Shown here: positions 13,799 to 26,409 of the stretch, piece by piece
Position numbering within the stretch: position 1 is the stretch's first letter
Layout of the letters: every line of letters starts with the position of its first letter
Source of the DNA: Sphaeroforma arctica JP610
Lineage: Eukaryota
Assembly (NCBI RefSeq): GCF_001186125.1
Contig: NW_014040148.1
Span: 1 to 64,000, forward strand
Direction: 5' to 3'
DNA: 64,000 nucleotides
Position numbers and translations under genes: made by a program
The notes under the pieces: model-generated
Told to the model about the DNA's origin: nothing
What the model saw: only the letters and a program-made list of their open reading frames with translations
The model's database searches: none

Positions 13799-15589
13799 CC
13801 TTTTTCGATTGGATTTGTTCGGCGGACACGGTAAAGGTGATGATTGTTAGCGCTGTTGAATTCGAACAATATAAAAAACAGGACAGTTAGATTCTACCAA
13901 ACATAACACAAAATATGGCAAAGGATATCACAATTGACATAATACCCCAATTGGAAGAACATTAATACGAAAGCTCACCAAGCAGCTTGGCAGAATCCTT
14001 GTCGCTCATGCGTGGATGCTTTTCAGTATGTTCCCAAACCTTCTGAGCACATTTTGTCTGAAAGGATATCGATTGAATGGTAAAAGAATTCATTAAATAT
14101 TGGTGAATTGTGAAAGGTAACTACGCCGCACAAATAATCATCGGCCCTAAGTGGAAGAGTATTGGGCTATGATAGAACTCTTAAAATATTTGTAGTCTAA
14201 TAAAATCTCACGAGCATTAGCATATTTGCGCTTCGACTGCATCACAAAATGGTATCTTTTGTTTGCATCATTTTTGAGGTATGTTCATGCGTACAAGAAG
14301 CACCGATTTGTCGCATGGCACAGCATTGTTTCGCTATGAAATATGCTGTCGGCCGTACTATAATGATGAGCAACGAGATATATTGTGATTTATAGTGAAA
14401 TGAGAATAGTCAAACCACCTCGAGTAATTTCCAAGCTGGAGTCGACTGATTGTTCATACGTTTCCAAATTTCAAGAAGAATCATAGATGTTTCGATACGC
14501 TGCATCTGCTCATTGAAATCCTCGTTATACCTCGCGAATACTGTTTGATATAACTGAAAGAAGAAACTAGGAGAATCCATGAAAGGTGGTTAAAAAAAAA
14601 CTTAAAGTCTACTGTTCTGACAAACAATGAAAATATGTCGCGACGCTGATCCCGTATACACATACTATATACACACGGGATGAATAAAATAACAAGGTTC
14701 AGGTAGACGACCTGAACCGAGGTAAATGTCCCGTGTACAGAAATGGATGTATGTTTGTGCTATGTCTCAGGAAAATGATCAGTTCTGAAATATACAGTAT
14801 GCCAGATACATCCCACTTTGCTATATATGAGAGTCCAGCCAAAAGTGAATATGACCTCTTGAAATAAGTCGACAATAATCAATGTGTAAACGAGACACAT
14901 ACGCCCTCGTATGATATACTGCACAAAAAAAGCGCAAAAGTACAAAGACTACAATTATTAAATTCATACATGTTCACACTACCAGGTATACATGTGTTCA
15001 TTTGTGTGTATGTGTGCCCAAACGTACTTATATGCATGCATGTGCGCAGGAAAACATAGATATACGTAGATGAGTATAAGTGTATAAGTATACAAGTATA
15101 CAAGTATGCAAGTATACAGATATACAAGTTTATAAGTATATATATATATATATATATTATAGATACATTCATTTGTATAAATATATATGTGTATGTATAT
15201 ATATATATATATATACATATGTATATATACATATATACATATATATACACACACACTTACACATACATACATAAATACATACATACATTCATACATATAC
15301 ATACATACATAAATACATAAATACATACAGACATACATACATATATACATACATATATACATACATACGTGCATACATACATACATATATACATACATTC
15401 AATATTTAGGTATAGATTGAGTGTTATTATGTGGAATGTCGGGGAATTTACACAACAGAAGGGCAACAGCGGCTGAAGATTCAGCACACGCTACACACAC
15501 ACAAAATATCTCGACCAAGCATACCTGTGTACGAAGCTCATCGTCCGTGTTGTCGGTGTAGTCTCGTGATCCCTTAATCCATAAAGCAC
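13799..15589 (-). CDS. Possible multi-exon gene or pseudogene of unknown product (partial model)
   Basis: Splice-flanked open segments 15589-15525 (GALWIKGSRDYTDNTDDELRTQ) and 14553-14460 (LYQTVFARYNEDFNEQMQRIETSMILLEIWK) join in phase. Segments ~14057-13979 (TKCAQKVWEHTEKHPRMSDKDSAKLL) and ~13851-13799 (ALTIITFTVSAEQIQSKK) also join in phase. The link between the two pairs, the start and the stop are unresolved. Confidence 0.3.
15075..15400. repeat. (TA)n/(TACA)n microsatellite
   Basis: Directly visible; explains the YI/MYV-rich spurious ORFs. Confidence 0.95.
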
Positions 15590-16369
15590 CTAAAGCTCTG
15601 TCCATGAGAGTATGGAAGCGGCCCAACTGGGCAAGATGTTCTATTCCTCCAATCATGTCGTTCTGACTGTGCGTTCACGACTTGCGACTTGTACAAATCA
15701 TACACTCATCAGGCTCACATACACAGCAGTGAAAATGAGAAGCAACAGATACAAGCTGTTACCAGTTACACCCTTCTCTAAATTGAAACCTATACATACT
15801 TACTATTTCAAAAGTTCGATATTTACAATTTTTGTTTCTGTCTTTGTTTTGTTTTTTTTGAATATTAAAAAAAAACGATACTAAAATCTTCGCTGGAAGC
15901 CCCTGGCAGGCTGGACGCCTCGAGTCCTCGACTATCGAGTTGATTTTCGAATCAAAAAAAAATAGAGGGGGCCAGCCGGCCCGTGCTATGCAAAAGTTCA
16001 AAACGGCGTTTGTATTTAATAATTAAGAAGACGGCTATGGACGATGGGAGTATGGACTTTGCTTTTCAGTATGTAGTAATAGTACATATGATTACATATT
16101 GTTACTTTTATAATAAAAACCCCGAGAGACCTATGTATCGTATTTTTATATATAAATAAAAGAACAATAAAACATTCATTTATCAAGATAAAACCAGTTT
16201 TTAGAAATAAATAACCAATGACCACTGTCTCTAACAGGATCTCTCACTCCAGAGTACATAGTCCAGAGTCCACACCTGCAGAGTACTAATGATGAGCCCA
16301 AGTTGGCTCTGGCTTGAGTCTTGATTCTTGACTGCTGAATGGCATCCCTGATGAGATGAGGAGTGTGTT

Positions 16370-16442
16370 TCTTGAGAGATGAGACTTGAGAGTTGAGAAG
16401 TCTGAGTCTCTGAGAGACTGAGAGACTGAGAGTCTGAGAGTC
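16370..16442 (+). repeat. Degenerate ~8-9-bp TGAGAG(A/T)C tandem array upstream of the PDZ gene
   Basis: ctgagagactgagagactgagagtctgagagt plus upstream variants. Confidence 0.7.
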
Positions 16443-16900
16443 GTGCTGCTTTTTCTTTTTTTAAATTTTGGTGCAAGTGCCAGATCTAGTCCATGTTATC
16501 CAGTCCATTAGGGAGTTCTGATTCGTCTGAATCATAATCGCAGTGACTCATTGTAGCTTCGAGCTCGAAAGGTGATATCATTGGTTACACTATGTAGGTC
16601 GCGCGTGTACAAAATATAGTGAAAGCCATATTGCCAGTTTGTCTGTTCACTGCTGTGAGTGTGTGGCTGTGTGCAAGACGCGTTGATAGTTTGTTACTTG
16701 TGTCAGTTGTCAGTTGTCAGTTCTCACACAGCACACGACCTTCGCAGACAGCGCTGACTATATATCACAGACAGTTCAGTGTTCACAGTATCATTTTGTT
16801 GATAGTGGAGCACTGATCCACATCTCACCTCTCTACTCTCGCTAACAAGTTCCAGTAAGTTTACACACTATATATATTTATAGAAATATCAGTCTCAGCG

Positions 16901-18160
16901 ATGACCCGCACCGATACACGTCCTAAGCTGTTTGCGTACCCTGCCAATATATATTCGAATAGAGATGGTCACAGGAACACGCTATCCTGTCTGAGCGCAA
17001 GTGAGGTGACCGCATTTTGTAGAGCCCAAACACTTCCCAATGTGCGACAACATTTCCCTGAGGTACCTGTTGTGCGCACGTCTCCATTCCACGCTATTGC
17101 GGCCTCGTTTTATGCAGTTGCATCGAGTTCAGCGCGTACTGGATCCGCATATGGTGTAGAGTCTAGCTCAAGTATCATCACGGCCGAAACCGAATACGAC
17201 CAGATTTCCCTGTGTCAGAAGCCCAAGCGCGAATTGACAGTCAGCAAGTCAAAGAGTGACTACTTTGGATGTGAGATGAGGTTTATCAGGGGGCGGTTGC
17301 TTGTAGTTTGGATAGATAAATTCAGCACTGTGTGCCCGGCCTTTCGCCATCTATCAGCGGCGTATCGCGTTGGTTTAAATTTTGGAGACGAGATCACACG
17401 TATCAACAACAAACCCGTAAGCTCATTCGACGGCCAAATCAGCGCTGTGTATTTGTACCTCAGCTCGTTGACAGATATCACAGTAGAAGTAGTAGACAAG
17501 GCCATACTTGAAAATCATTTGATGAAGTTTCAATCACACACTGAACACGCGCAAGGTAGTCTCAAACGTCATAGCAGTTATCTTTCTCGAATACACAGAG
17601 CTAAAGTCTCTAGTTTCGGCTCTGAAAGTGTAGTAGAGGAATCCATCGGTTTATCCTTCTCCGAGAAGGGTACAATTACTCGCGTTTCAGAGGGCGGGCT
17701 GGGAGACAAGGCGGGGTTGAAAGCCGGGGAGCTTATAGCTAGCATAGGTGGTACATACACACTTGCGGTACACCCACGGCTACTCGTTCAATTGTTTCAG
17801 CGTGCCAAAAAATACAGTAAAACCGGCTCCATAGTGGTAGCTGCAGCGCCTTCACAACTAATCCGTGAACTCGTGCACCACGCGCTATTTATAATTAGTG
17901 AACGCAATTTATCATGTGACCTTAACTACATACTTAACCACGACTGGGAAGTCTCTAGAGCGGCACAGACGCAACAAGAACAGCATAACAAACGACAGTA
18001 CTCCGCGTCTGGAATCCAATTAATGCCGGTCATTTCAGCACGACGCAACTACACTTCGCACCCGTCACGGCACACGCTGAATGGATCATTAGCTAATTTA
18101 CAAACGGCTTTGGAGCATCAACGAGTAATAACAAATATGAATAGTGTAATAGATGTATAA
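16901..18160 (+). CDS. Intronless tandem-PDZ protein, syntenin-like, 419 aa
   Basis: PDZ1: RELTVSKSKSDYFGCEMRFIRGRLLV..SAAYRVGLNFGDEITRINN (compare syntenin REVILCK..GLRFGDQVLQING). PDZ2: SIGLSFSEKGTITRVSEGGLGDKAGLKAGELIASIGG. The ORF is uninterrupted from ATG to TAA. Confidence 0.8.
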   Translation: MTRTDTRPKLFAYPANIYSNRDGHRNTLSCLSASEVTAFCRAQTLPNVRQHFPEVPVVRTSPFHAIAASFYAVASSSARTGSAYGVESSSSIITAETEYDQISLCQKPKRELTVSKSKSDYFGCEMRFIRGRLLVVWIDKFSTVCPAFRHLSAAYRVGLNFGDEITRINNKPVSSFDGQISAVYLYLSSLTDITVEVVDKAILENHLMKFQSHTEHAQGSLKRHSSYLSRIHRAKVSSFGSESVVEESIGLSFSEKGTITRVSEGGLGDKAGLKAGELIASIGGTYTLAVHPRLLVQLFQRAKKYSKTGSIVVAAAPSQLIRELVHHALFIISERNLSCDLNYILNHDWEVSRAAQTQQEQHNKRQYSASGIQLMPVISARRNYTSHPSRHTLNGSLANLQTALEHQRVITNMNSVIDV

Positions 18161-21100
18161 ATAAGATACAAGTCTGTCTAGGCCAGGAAAATGTGGAGTG
18201 TGACGCTAACTCGTCCCATTTTTCAAATCCGGGTGTCAAATATTGCAGAAAGTGCTTCTATTTATTTATTAACATATTGCATAGGGGATCCAGCGTTTGC
18301 ACCGCGTACTCGCCAACCGTACCAGAAGTCATTGTCTACACGAGTACATTCAGAGACAGATGATTAGTATTTAAAATAAATGACTAGATTTTTATAGTCG
18401 CGTTTCCGAATTAAAACCTAAGTGCCTATTTGAAAGTAGTCACAGTACCGAGACTATTACCATGAGGTAGTCATACACATTCACAGCATGTATGCATGCG
18501 TAACACACATTTACACTGTCAATGAACAAAATTATAATATTAGATTGAAGTCGAAAAATGTGAGAGCCGTACATGTATCATATGCATAGATATTTTATTA
18601 TGCCAAACAGTTGACAGGGATGTGTGATGATATCTTGATATTCCATCTTTCCAATCTAACTATGAGCAATATTATATAGAGCTAATCAGATAATTACAAA
18701 AGATCAGGTTTTGTGAGACGATGGTACTTTATATATTTAGCAACAGCTCTTTTTTTTAGAATATATGCGCGGCGGTGGACTTTGACATATGTCACCGGCT
18801 AAACGCCCAGCTTTGAGCGCTATTTATATCCGACAGAGCGATGACAGTGTAATACCAGCCAACTTGTCAATTCCTGTACATAACTCGAGGGAAGAGGTAC
18901 AACTATATTCTTACTCATTCAATATGCTGATGTGAATGTTGGATAATGATAAGGTGCTTGAGTATACACATAGTAGCTTGTAGGTATATACTACTTCGAT
19001 CACTTCAATCACATAAAATATATGACCAGCGCACCCGCGACTGTATTTCCACTAATTTCAATTTCAAGCACACAATGAATAGAAAAATGCTACGTAATCG
19101 CGAAACCACATTCGAACAAAGTTGGAAGCTGATACCGATTTATACCGTGGATTAAGCTGCAGCAATGTCCTTAACGGATCAGTTTTGCTCTACCTTGAAA
19201 TGAAATGCATGTGTTCCGTATGCATTGTCACTGCCTAAATGTTTTGTAGTATACACAACGCAACTTTGAAATGGAACTAGTGTAGTACGAGCGACTGTGC
19301 AATTGTACACCGGTAATCTAAGCGCATGGAATACACACCTCACCAATTCCTCATTTGCAGTATCAGATTCCAACATATACAAACTTTAAACAATCAACTC
19401 ATCTTTCAGCTGCGGAATCCGTGGCGACAGAAAACATCTGAGGCGACTGAATCAATTCTGATGTTTTGCATGCGCCGTTGCAGTGGTCTATATTTCGCAG
19501 CACATGTAGGCGTCTCTAGACCCTCAAATTTACCCACAGTAATATTCATCTCTCTTGCTGGCCTCAGAATCCTTCGAGAAGACGGATATATTGCTACAAA
19601 ACCAGTTGAGATGAGTACTATTTATTGACTGATATACACACTTGCAAATATTTCATCATACCGTGTCGCTCACAATTACGTAGGCACGAAAAACAAAAGG
19701 CACTGACCCCTCGTCAGATTTCTGATGCTCGCCATCTGGGTTTCAAGGAAATATTTACTCTGCAATGATGTGAAATGCATTCAAAACGTTTGGAACCAGT
19801 CAAGGTATACGTTTATAAACATTTGAGTGTTGTCCAGGCGTGATATATAGGTTTTCGTGTTGGGTGTATTCACATCACTCACCCTTACCGTAATCAGGAT
19901 ATGAACAGAACACACTCCAAGAATACCCACATCTGAATTATTGGTTCTCCTTGCTTGCAGCCATTGTTGAAAGAGGCAAGGTCAGGGACACCCATGATTG
20001 TACGATCCAGAACCAAGTGCAACTCGTATCCCACTGCGAGGAACACACTATAATACATGCGGTGTATAGTCGACAGTGCTGTACTACCAACAATCACAAT
20101 CCACGTAACCATAAATGCTAATCTGTCACTGTGATACACTGAAATTGGACAAGACTCGGCACTTGACAAAACAACAGCAACAGAAAACAAATAACTCAGC
20201 TGGATCGCAGTCTGCCATTACTGTGTTTTACAGAGTCCACCATACCGGAACGATCCAGGCCTAACAATAAGCCATTTCAAGCAACTGATACGACAAATAG
20301 ACTTGGGTAATAGAAACACCAAAGTGTGCACGATTTTGATATATTTTTGGCCAATTAACTTGTTCTGGCAACAAATACCGCTGACATCATACCAGCAATC
20401 TGGGCAGCATCTTTAAAATTTGGCAAACTTTGCCTTAAACATATTGACACGCATAAGACGGTTTCAAGAACAAACATGTTTCCGCTGATTTTTCTCTACG
20501 CCTCCAGAATTTGCTCTATTCTAAATCCACTTAATGCCTAATGATATCGACTATTACACGAGAAAGAGAGAAACGCTATTACTTCAACAACTTATGGCAA
20601 ACTACCTCTTAGCGCACTAATGGTGTGCAAGATGATATATACCCGTAGCGCGTAAACAGGAAACGGTTGATACTCGACTGCATACATTCCACCTGTACAG
20701 GCATATACTTGTACGTGCAGTGACATTAATAGCACGCAAATAGTATTGTAAGTCGATTTACCAAGTAAAAGAAACGCTCCTTTGTTCGGACAGCTTGCTG
20801 GAAGCCATCTTCAAGCGTACTCACGGTGTACGAGTAGGTTCTCTATACAAGTAGCGCTTGAACTGGTGACGACTGAAAATCAGCAGTATATATTGCTCAG
20901 TATGCACAGGTCATACTTACTCATGGAGCGACAAGAATAGCACACGAACATCTAGCTTTATGGGCCGATTGGTCAGCAATAAACTACAGCAATCTATCTT
21001 CTAGCTTTCTGATGGTGTGCAAATAAAATAAATGATACTTACATGTAGCTCATATACAGATAACGACTGAGAATAGACTGCATATATTCCTTAACATATA

Positions 21101-21637
21101 TTTGCACGTGCAGAGATATTTACCGATGACAAAAACTATACACGCAGATGTTATCTTTAGATGGAATACTAACACATGTGTACATATCTATATCATCGGT
21201 ACTCAAATTATACATTGAACTTTGAAGCAATAGCGCGATCGTCAAATTGAGGAATTCAGCCTGTGAATGAAAGACACAGAACTCGAACGCAAATAGGCAA
21301 AAACCACATCGTAAATACAGCTACACTTAAAATGGAATACCTACTTGTCGTGGTGCTCAACATCGCGGGAGGGGCTGGTCAACTACAGATCTCTCGAATC
21401 AAACGTTCCAATCAGGTAGCAACTATCCCCGGCGCCAACGCCGGGGAAAGGTTATATAGATATATGAAATGTTAAGCTAGCACGAACATAGTTTGATCCA
21501 CAGCCTTTTTTTATTATAGAAGAAAATAATGTGCCTCAATCTATCGGAGTTACAAAGCCCTGACGAGAGACGATCCAGAAGGTATTCAATAATTCATGTT
21601 TCCTATATATACACTATCCATTGTATTATATTAACAC

Positions 21638-22135
21638 TTAGGCCAGGAGGAAGGCGGCTCCGGCGACTGCCAAGGCTCCTACGGTCGTGGGTGCAAATGA
21701 TCCGGCGCTGTTTTCGTTATTGCTCTTGCTGTTTACATCGGTAGAGCTGATTAGAGGAGTAATTTTAACGGATTTAACATTGTCACCACAGCGCATACAC
21801 ACTTGGCATTTTCCACCGTCGGTCGATCGAATGAAGGCAACTTCCTCGGTGGTGGTGAACTGAAGGGGATAGTCCTGGCACTCAGCTTCGGTGGGGAACA
21901 TTAGTACCTCGGTGTCGTAATCGTTACTCAGACGGAAGAATCTGTACTCAACATCACCCAACTCGGACACTTTTACGGCGGTGCTCTGCTGAGTACACAG
22001 CTTCTGCATGCTATCGAATCCACTGTTCAAAACATGGTCCCCACTGCAATCCACAGTGTTGAAGAACTCAACCTGACCGTGCTTACCATAGGCAGTGGCA
22101 ACGAAAAGGGAAGCGAGTGCAAATACGACCTTCAT
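21638..22135 (-). CDS. Small secreted Cys-containing protein, probably GPI-anchored, 165 aa, unknown family
   Basis: Signal peptide MKVVFALASLFVATAYG; six Cys in the ectodomain; Ser/Asn linker, small-residue omega-like site (NSAG) and terminal hydrophobic tail TTVGALAVAGAAFLLA with no cytosolic part; coding-like codon bias. Confidence 0.8.
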   Translation of the reverse strand: MKVVFALASLFVATAYGKHGQVEFFNTVDCSGDHVLNSGFDSMQKLCTQQSTAVKVSELGDVEYRFFRLSNDYDTEVLMFPTEAECQDYPLQFTTTEEVAFIRSTDGGKCQVCMRCGDNVKSVKITPLISSTDVNSKSNNENSAGSFAPTTVGALAVAGAAFLLA

Positions 22136-22386
22136 TCTTGTTTAGGTAGGTTGGGAACTTTGGATTTAAATAATCTGCTGGTAGACGTGTTCAGCGATTT
22201 TGAAAACTCACACTTATACTGGTTGTGAAAAGTAGCAGAGTGGTAGTGGTATAAGAAGTGAACGGGCGTATACATATCCAGAAGAATATTCTCATTTTTC
22301 ACAAATTTATGTTCGATTGTGGCTCGATATTGAGTAAACGCCCCAGAGATGACCCAAATCGGCCACCAAACAACAATAATATACAT

Positions 22387-22520
22387 GATTGGCTGAGAGC
22401 ATATGTGTTCTCCTTCGCAACCAATGTATCTAAAAAATTCAAAAAAAATTCATTGCAAATTGGTCATTGGCTGTCAAAAATTACGTTGTCACGGTTCATA
22501 CTTCTTTTAATTGGTCAGAA
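22387..22520 (-). promoter_or_regulatory. Cluster of five CCAAT/ATTGG boxes upstream of the secreted-protein gene
   Basis: gattggct (~22387), aaccaat (~22419), aattggtcattggct (~22459, two boxes) and aattggtc (~22509); TATAAG on the minus strand near 22213-22218. Confidence 0.4.
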
Positions 22521-22959
22521 TCTCTAAGCACTAAATTATTCAAAAAAAAAAGTTCACAATATTCAAAAATAAACAACAAAAGCGTCTTAACCCGAAATTG
22601 AAATATTCTGTTCATGTCTCTTATTGATTCTGATCTTGTGTATTAGATATATAAATATGATTTATAAAAGTGATCGTTTATGTTTTCTCGTCTGAAATTA
22701 CTTTGCTACAAGTCATATTTTAAACAGGACTGTTATCATGAAATAGCGGGTGGTTGAGATGGCTGCGATAAGACCATAGTCATTGCAAAAATCTTCACCC
22801 CCCCCCCCGCCCGCAGGACCGTGTCACCGTGGTCAAGGCGCTCTCTATAGAGGCGAGAGAATTCGATGGACCGCAGGATTCTCGCATAATTACATATTAC
22901 GTGGACTAAAAAACAAACAAATGGTTGCATGTGTTTTAAAAAAAATGTGAAGTGGCCCC

Positions 22960-23874
22960 ATACACACGCCTATTCACATACACATACACATACATATACC
23001 TGTTCACATACACATAACATATATACATATCTATCCACATACACATACGCATGACTTATCACATACAGACATACGCATAAACATAACTTTTGACATAACC
23101 ATACACACACACGTACCTATTCACCTATTCACATATCCATTCACATTCCTATTCACACATATACACATACACGTACCTATCTCCATAGACATACGCATGC
23201 CAATTCACATACCCCTATTCATATAGATACCTATTCATATATACATTTACATAGACATACATATCCACATCCACATACCTATCCACATCAACATGCCTAT
23301 TCGTGTACAACATTATGCACATGCCTATTCACGCACATATATATACTATATACCTATTGACATACCCATGCACATGTCTATTCGCCCACATGTACACGTT
23401 CACAAACTTGTTCACATATAAATCCACAGGCTTACTCACACTCACGTATACTCACCTATTCACATTCAAAGGCACATGCCTATTCACACATTTTTACACA
23501 CATACATACATATGTATAGGCGTACACGTACACTTTTAACGCACAAATACCCATTCACATATCCATATACCTGTCTGTTCACAAACACGTGCACGCACCA
23601 TTCACTATCCATTCACACGTCTATTTACTTACACATACACATATACGTACGTATCCATATACACATACACATGCCTATTTATTCACACATACACATGCCT
23701 ATTCATACGTCTATTCATACACACTCATATCTATACCTATTCTCAGACTCGTGCCTATCAACATAAATGCACATGCCTATTCGCACTCATGTACACGTAG
23801 CTATTAGCATACTCATGTACATATCTATTCTCATATCCAACAGATACCTATTCTTGTACACATACACATACATG

Positions 23875-23910
<36 letters not shown>

Positions 23911-23914
23911 TACG

Positions 23915-23979
<65 letters not shown>

Positions 23980-24335
23980 NNNNNNNNNNNNNNNNNNNNN
24001 NNNNNNNNNNNNNNNNNNNNNNNNNNNNNNNNNNNNNNNNNNNNNNNNNNNNNNNNNNNNNNNNNNNNNNNNNNNNNNNNNNNNNNNNNNNNNNNNNNNN
24101 NNNNNNNNNNNNNNNNNNNNNNNNNNNNNNNNNNNNNNNNNNNNNNNNNNNNNNNNNNNNNNNNNNNNNNNNNNNNNNNNNNNNNNNNNNNNNNNNNNNN
24201 NNNNNNNNNNNNNNNNNNNNNNNNNNNNNNNNNNNNNNNNNNNNNNNNNNNNNNNNNNNNNNNNNNNNNNNNNNNNNNNNNNNNNNNNNNNNNNNNNNNN
24301 NNNACTTACTTACGTACTACTACTACTAACTACTA

Positions 24336-24377
<42 letters not shown>

Positions 24378-24378
24378 A

Positions 24379-24410
<32 letters not shown>

Positions 24411-24413
24411 TCG

Positions 24414-24445
<32 letters not shown>

Positions 24446-24450
24446 CTCGT
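22960..24450. repeat. Degenerate (cctattcacat/cacata) minisatellite grading into (TA)n around an N-gap
   Basis: Recurrent cctattcaca motif 22960-23870, then TA tracts on both sides of gap 23980-24302. Confidence 0.9.
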
Positions 24451-25438
24451 TATTTAGCTTAGTGGTGGCCTGTAAAATTGAAAAAATCAATCCAGGCTGA
24501 TGATAAATTTAAAAAAGTATGCAGGACAATATTTTGCGATGGCTTTTATACTAGAAACAAATTTTGTCTTTCAACGGTGCTGAGTAATTGGGGGGTTTCA
24601 ATAATGTGTTACACGTGTTCATAATAAGTGTACACTCATTTCAAAACATATGGCGTGTGCTTGACGATAGTTAATGTTGTTTATTGATCGTGGATATAGG
24701 CTATAAATTGACATTTAGTTCGGGGATTTCTTTTGCGCGGTGCAATCGTAAATTACAAGAAGATGCACAGGTCGTATTACGATCAGAGGGTCGCGTCTCT
24801 GCTTGGATTATGTTCTAAGCAAATATCGAATGCTATATTTTAAGTTTGATTTTACAAGCTGTTCCATTTTTTTACAAGGAATGAAACATGATGGAAATTG
24901 AAAGCCAACTTAAATACACGACACAACCACAACTGTGCTCATTCAATAATAATAATAAATATAGTATTTCTATCATCATCATTTGCTTCATTTTTGTAAT
25001 TTTTTTTGAGACTACACACTTACATTCGAGACTCGAGAGAGTTTTGATTTCTGCACTCTTATAATGAAGATAAAAATTTGTGACGTGACCTTTAAGTTAT
25101 ACATAGTCCAGGATTTCATAACAGGATTTGAAGGTCGTGTAAATACTAAATAAATACACATTCTCTCAAATTTGTACATACGTGATAGTTGATAGTTGAT
25201 ACTCTCGTCAACGCCTTGTGTCAAATGTCAACTGTTTTAAAAGTCAATCATAAATACTACATAGCCTCCGCCCTCCTGCGGTGAGAAAAAGCTCCTGCAA
25301 TGGTCAAATTTATTTTTGTATTTTGTATAAAAAACTAAAATGATAATAAACAAACAGACAAAACATCTCCGCGGATGGACACCTCTGTGTAATATAGGCC
25401 TCCCAAGCATATGATAGCAACTACACATCGTATATAAT

Positions 25439-26327
25439 ATGGCGGCTAAAAAGTCCTTAAGACTGATTGGTATGTGTGATCTGGAGTAAACTGGTGCCTG
25501 CTTTACATTTATTACAAGGTGGCATTCGCGTAACAATCTGAGTGGGGTATTAATAAATTGTAACAGCTCAACGACCATCTACGAATCACCAGTGACGTTT
25601 TAATCGAGTTAGAGTTAGGTCGGTGCAGATGTTGTGTGTAGTATCTGCTTGCCTTATATATCTCACTGTATCAGTAAAGTTAGCTTCTCTGCAGACTTAT
25701 CGAGTATACCAAAACACCAAAAATCAAGGAATGTGTGAAGGAACAGTCACACACTTAATAGATTGTATTTCACCAAGAATCAAAGGACATAACTCTTGGC
25801 ATGTATTAGTCACCAGTGTTAGGCGTCAAGAAGGCTATTTCTATCGAATTCCGGTTCTGCAACCATTGACATACTTGCTAAATTTAATATGAAACACGCA
25901 CTGGGTTTTAAAACCACGTAGAAGGCTCGTGTTAATATTGATTCAATCATGAGGCACCTCTTTCCTGTGAAATGCAATGTTCGCAAATGCCAAAATCACG
26001 ACACACACACATACTACGTACAACAAGCAGCTCAATAGTTACTTCTAGGATAGGGAGGGTGCTTTTAACCGCGAGATCGACTTTCAAAGTAGAATGTCTG
26101 AGTCAGGAAAAAGAATGTGTGTTGCAACGACGTCTTTTTGACAGTAAAAATCCGTTCGGCGAGTTTGCTTGTGCCTGTTCCCCGATACTATTGTCGACAG
26201 ATGTTGCCATGAGATTTCCTAGGTTGAATTGTATCGCAACTTCTAGCTACCTTTCACTATACTCCTATGTATATGACGGCAACAGTTGTAGTGTATGGCA
26301 GTACGCTATTTATTCCAAATATAAGTA

Positions 26328-26409
<82 letters not shown>

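Noticed and set aside
19890..20270. Minus-strand hydrophobic exon-like segments
   Set aside because: In-frame stops, no consistent splice chain and no recognisable family.
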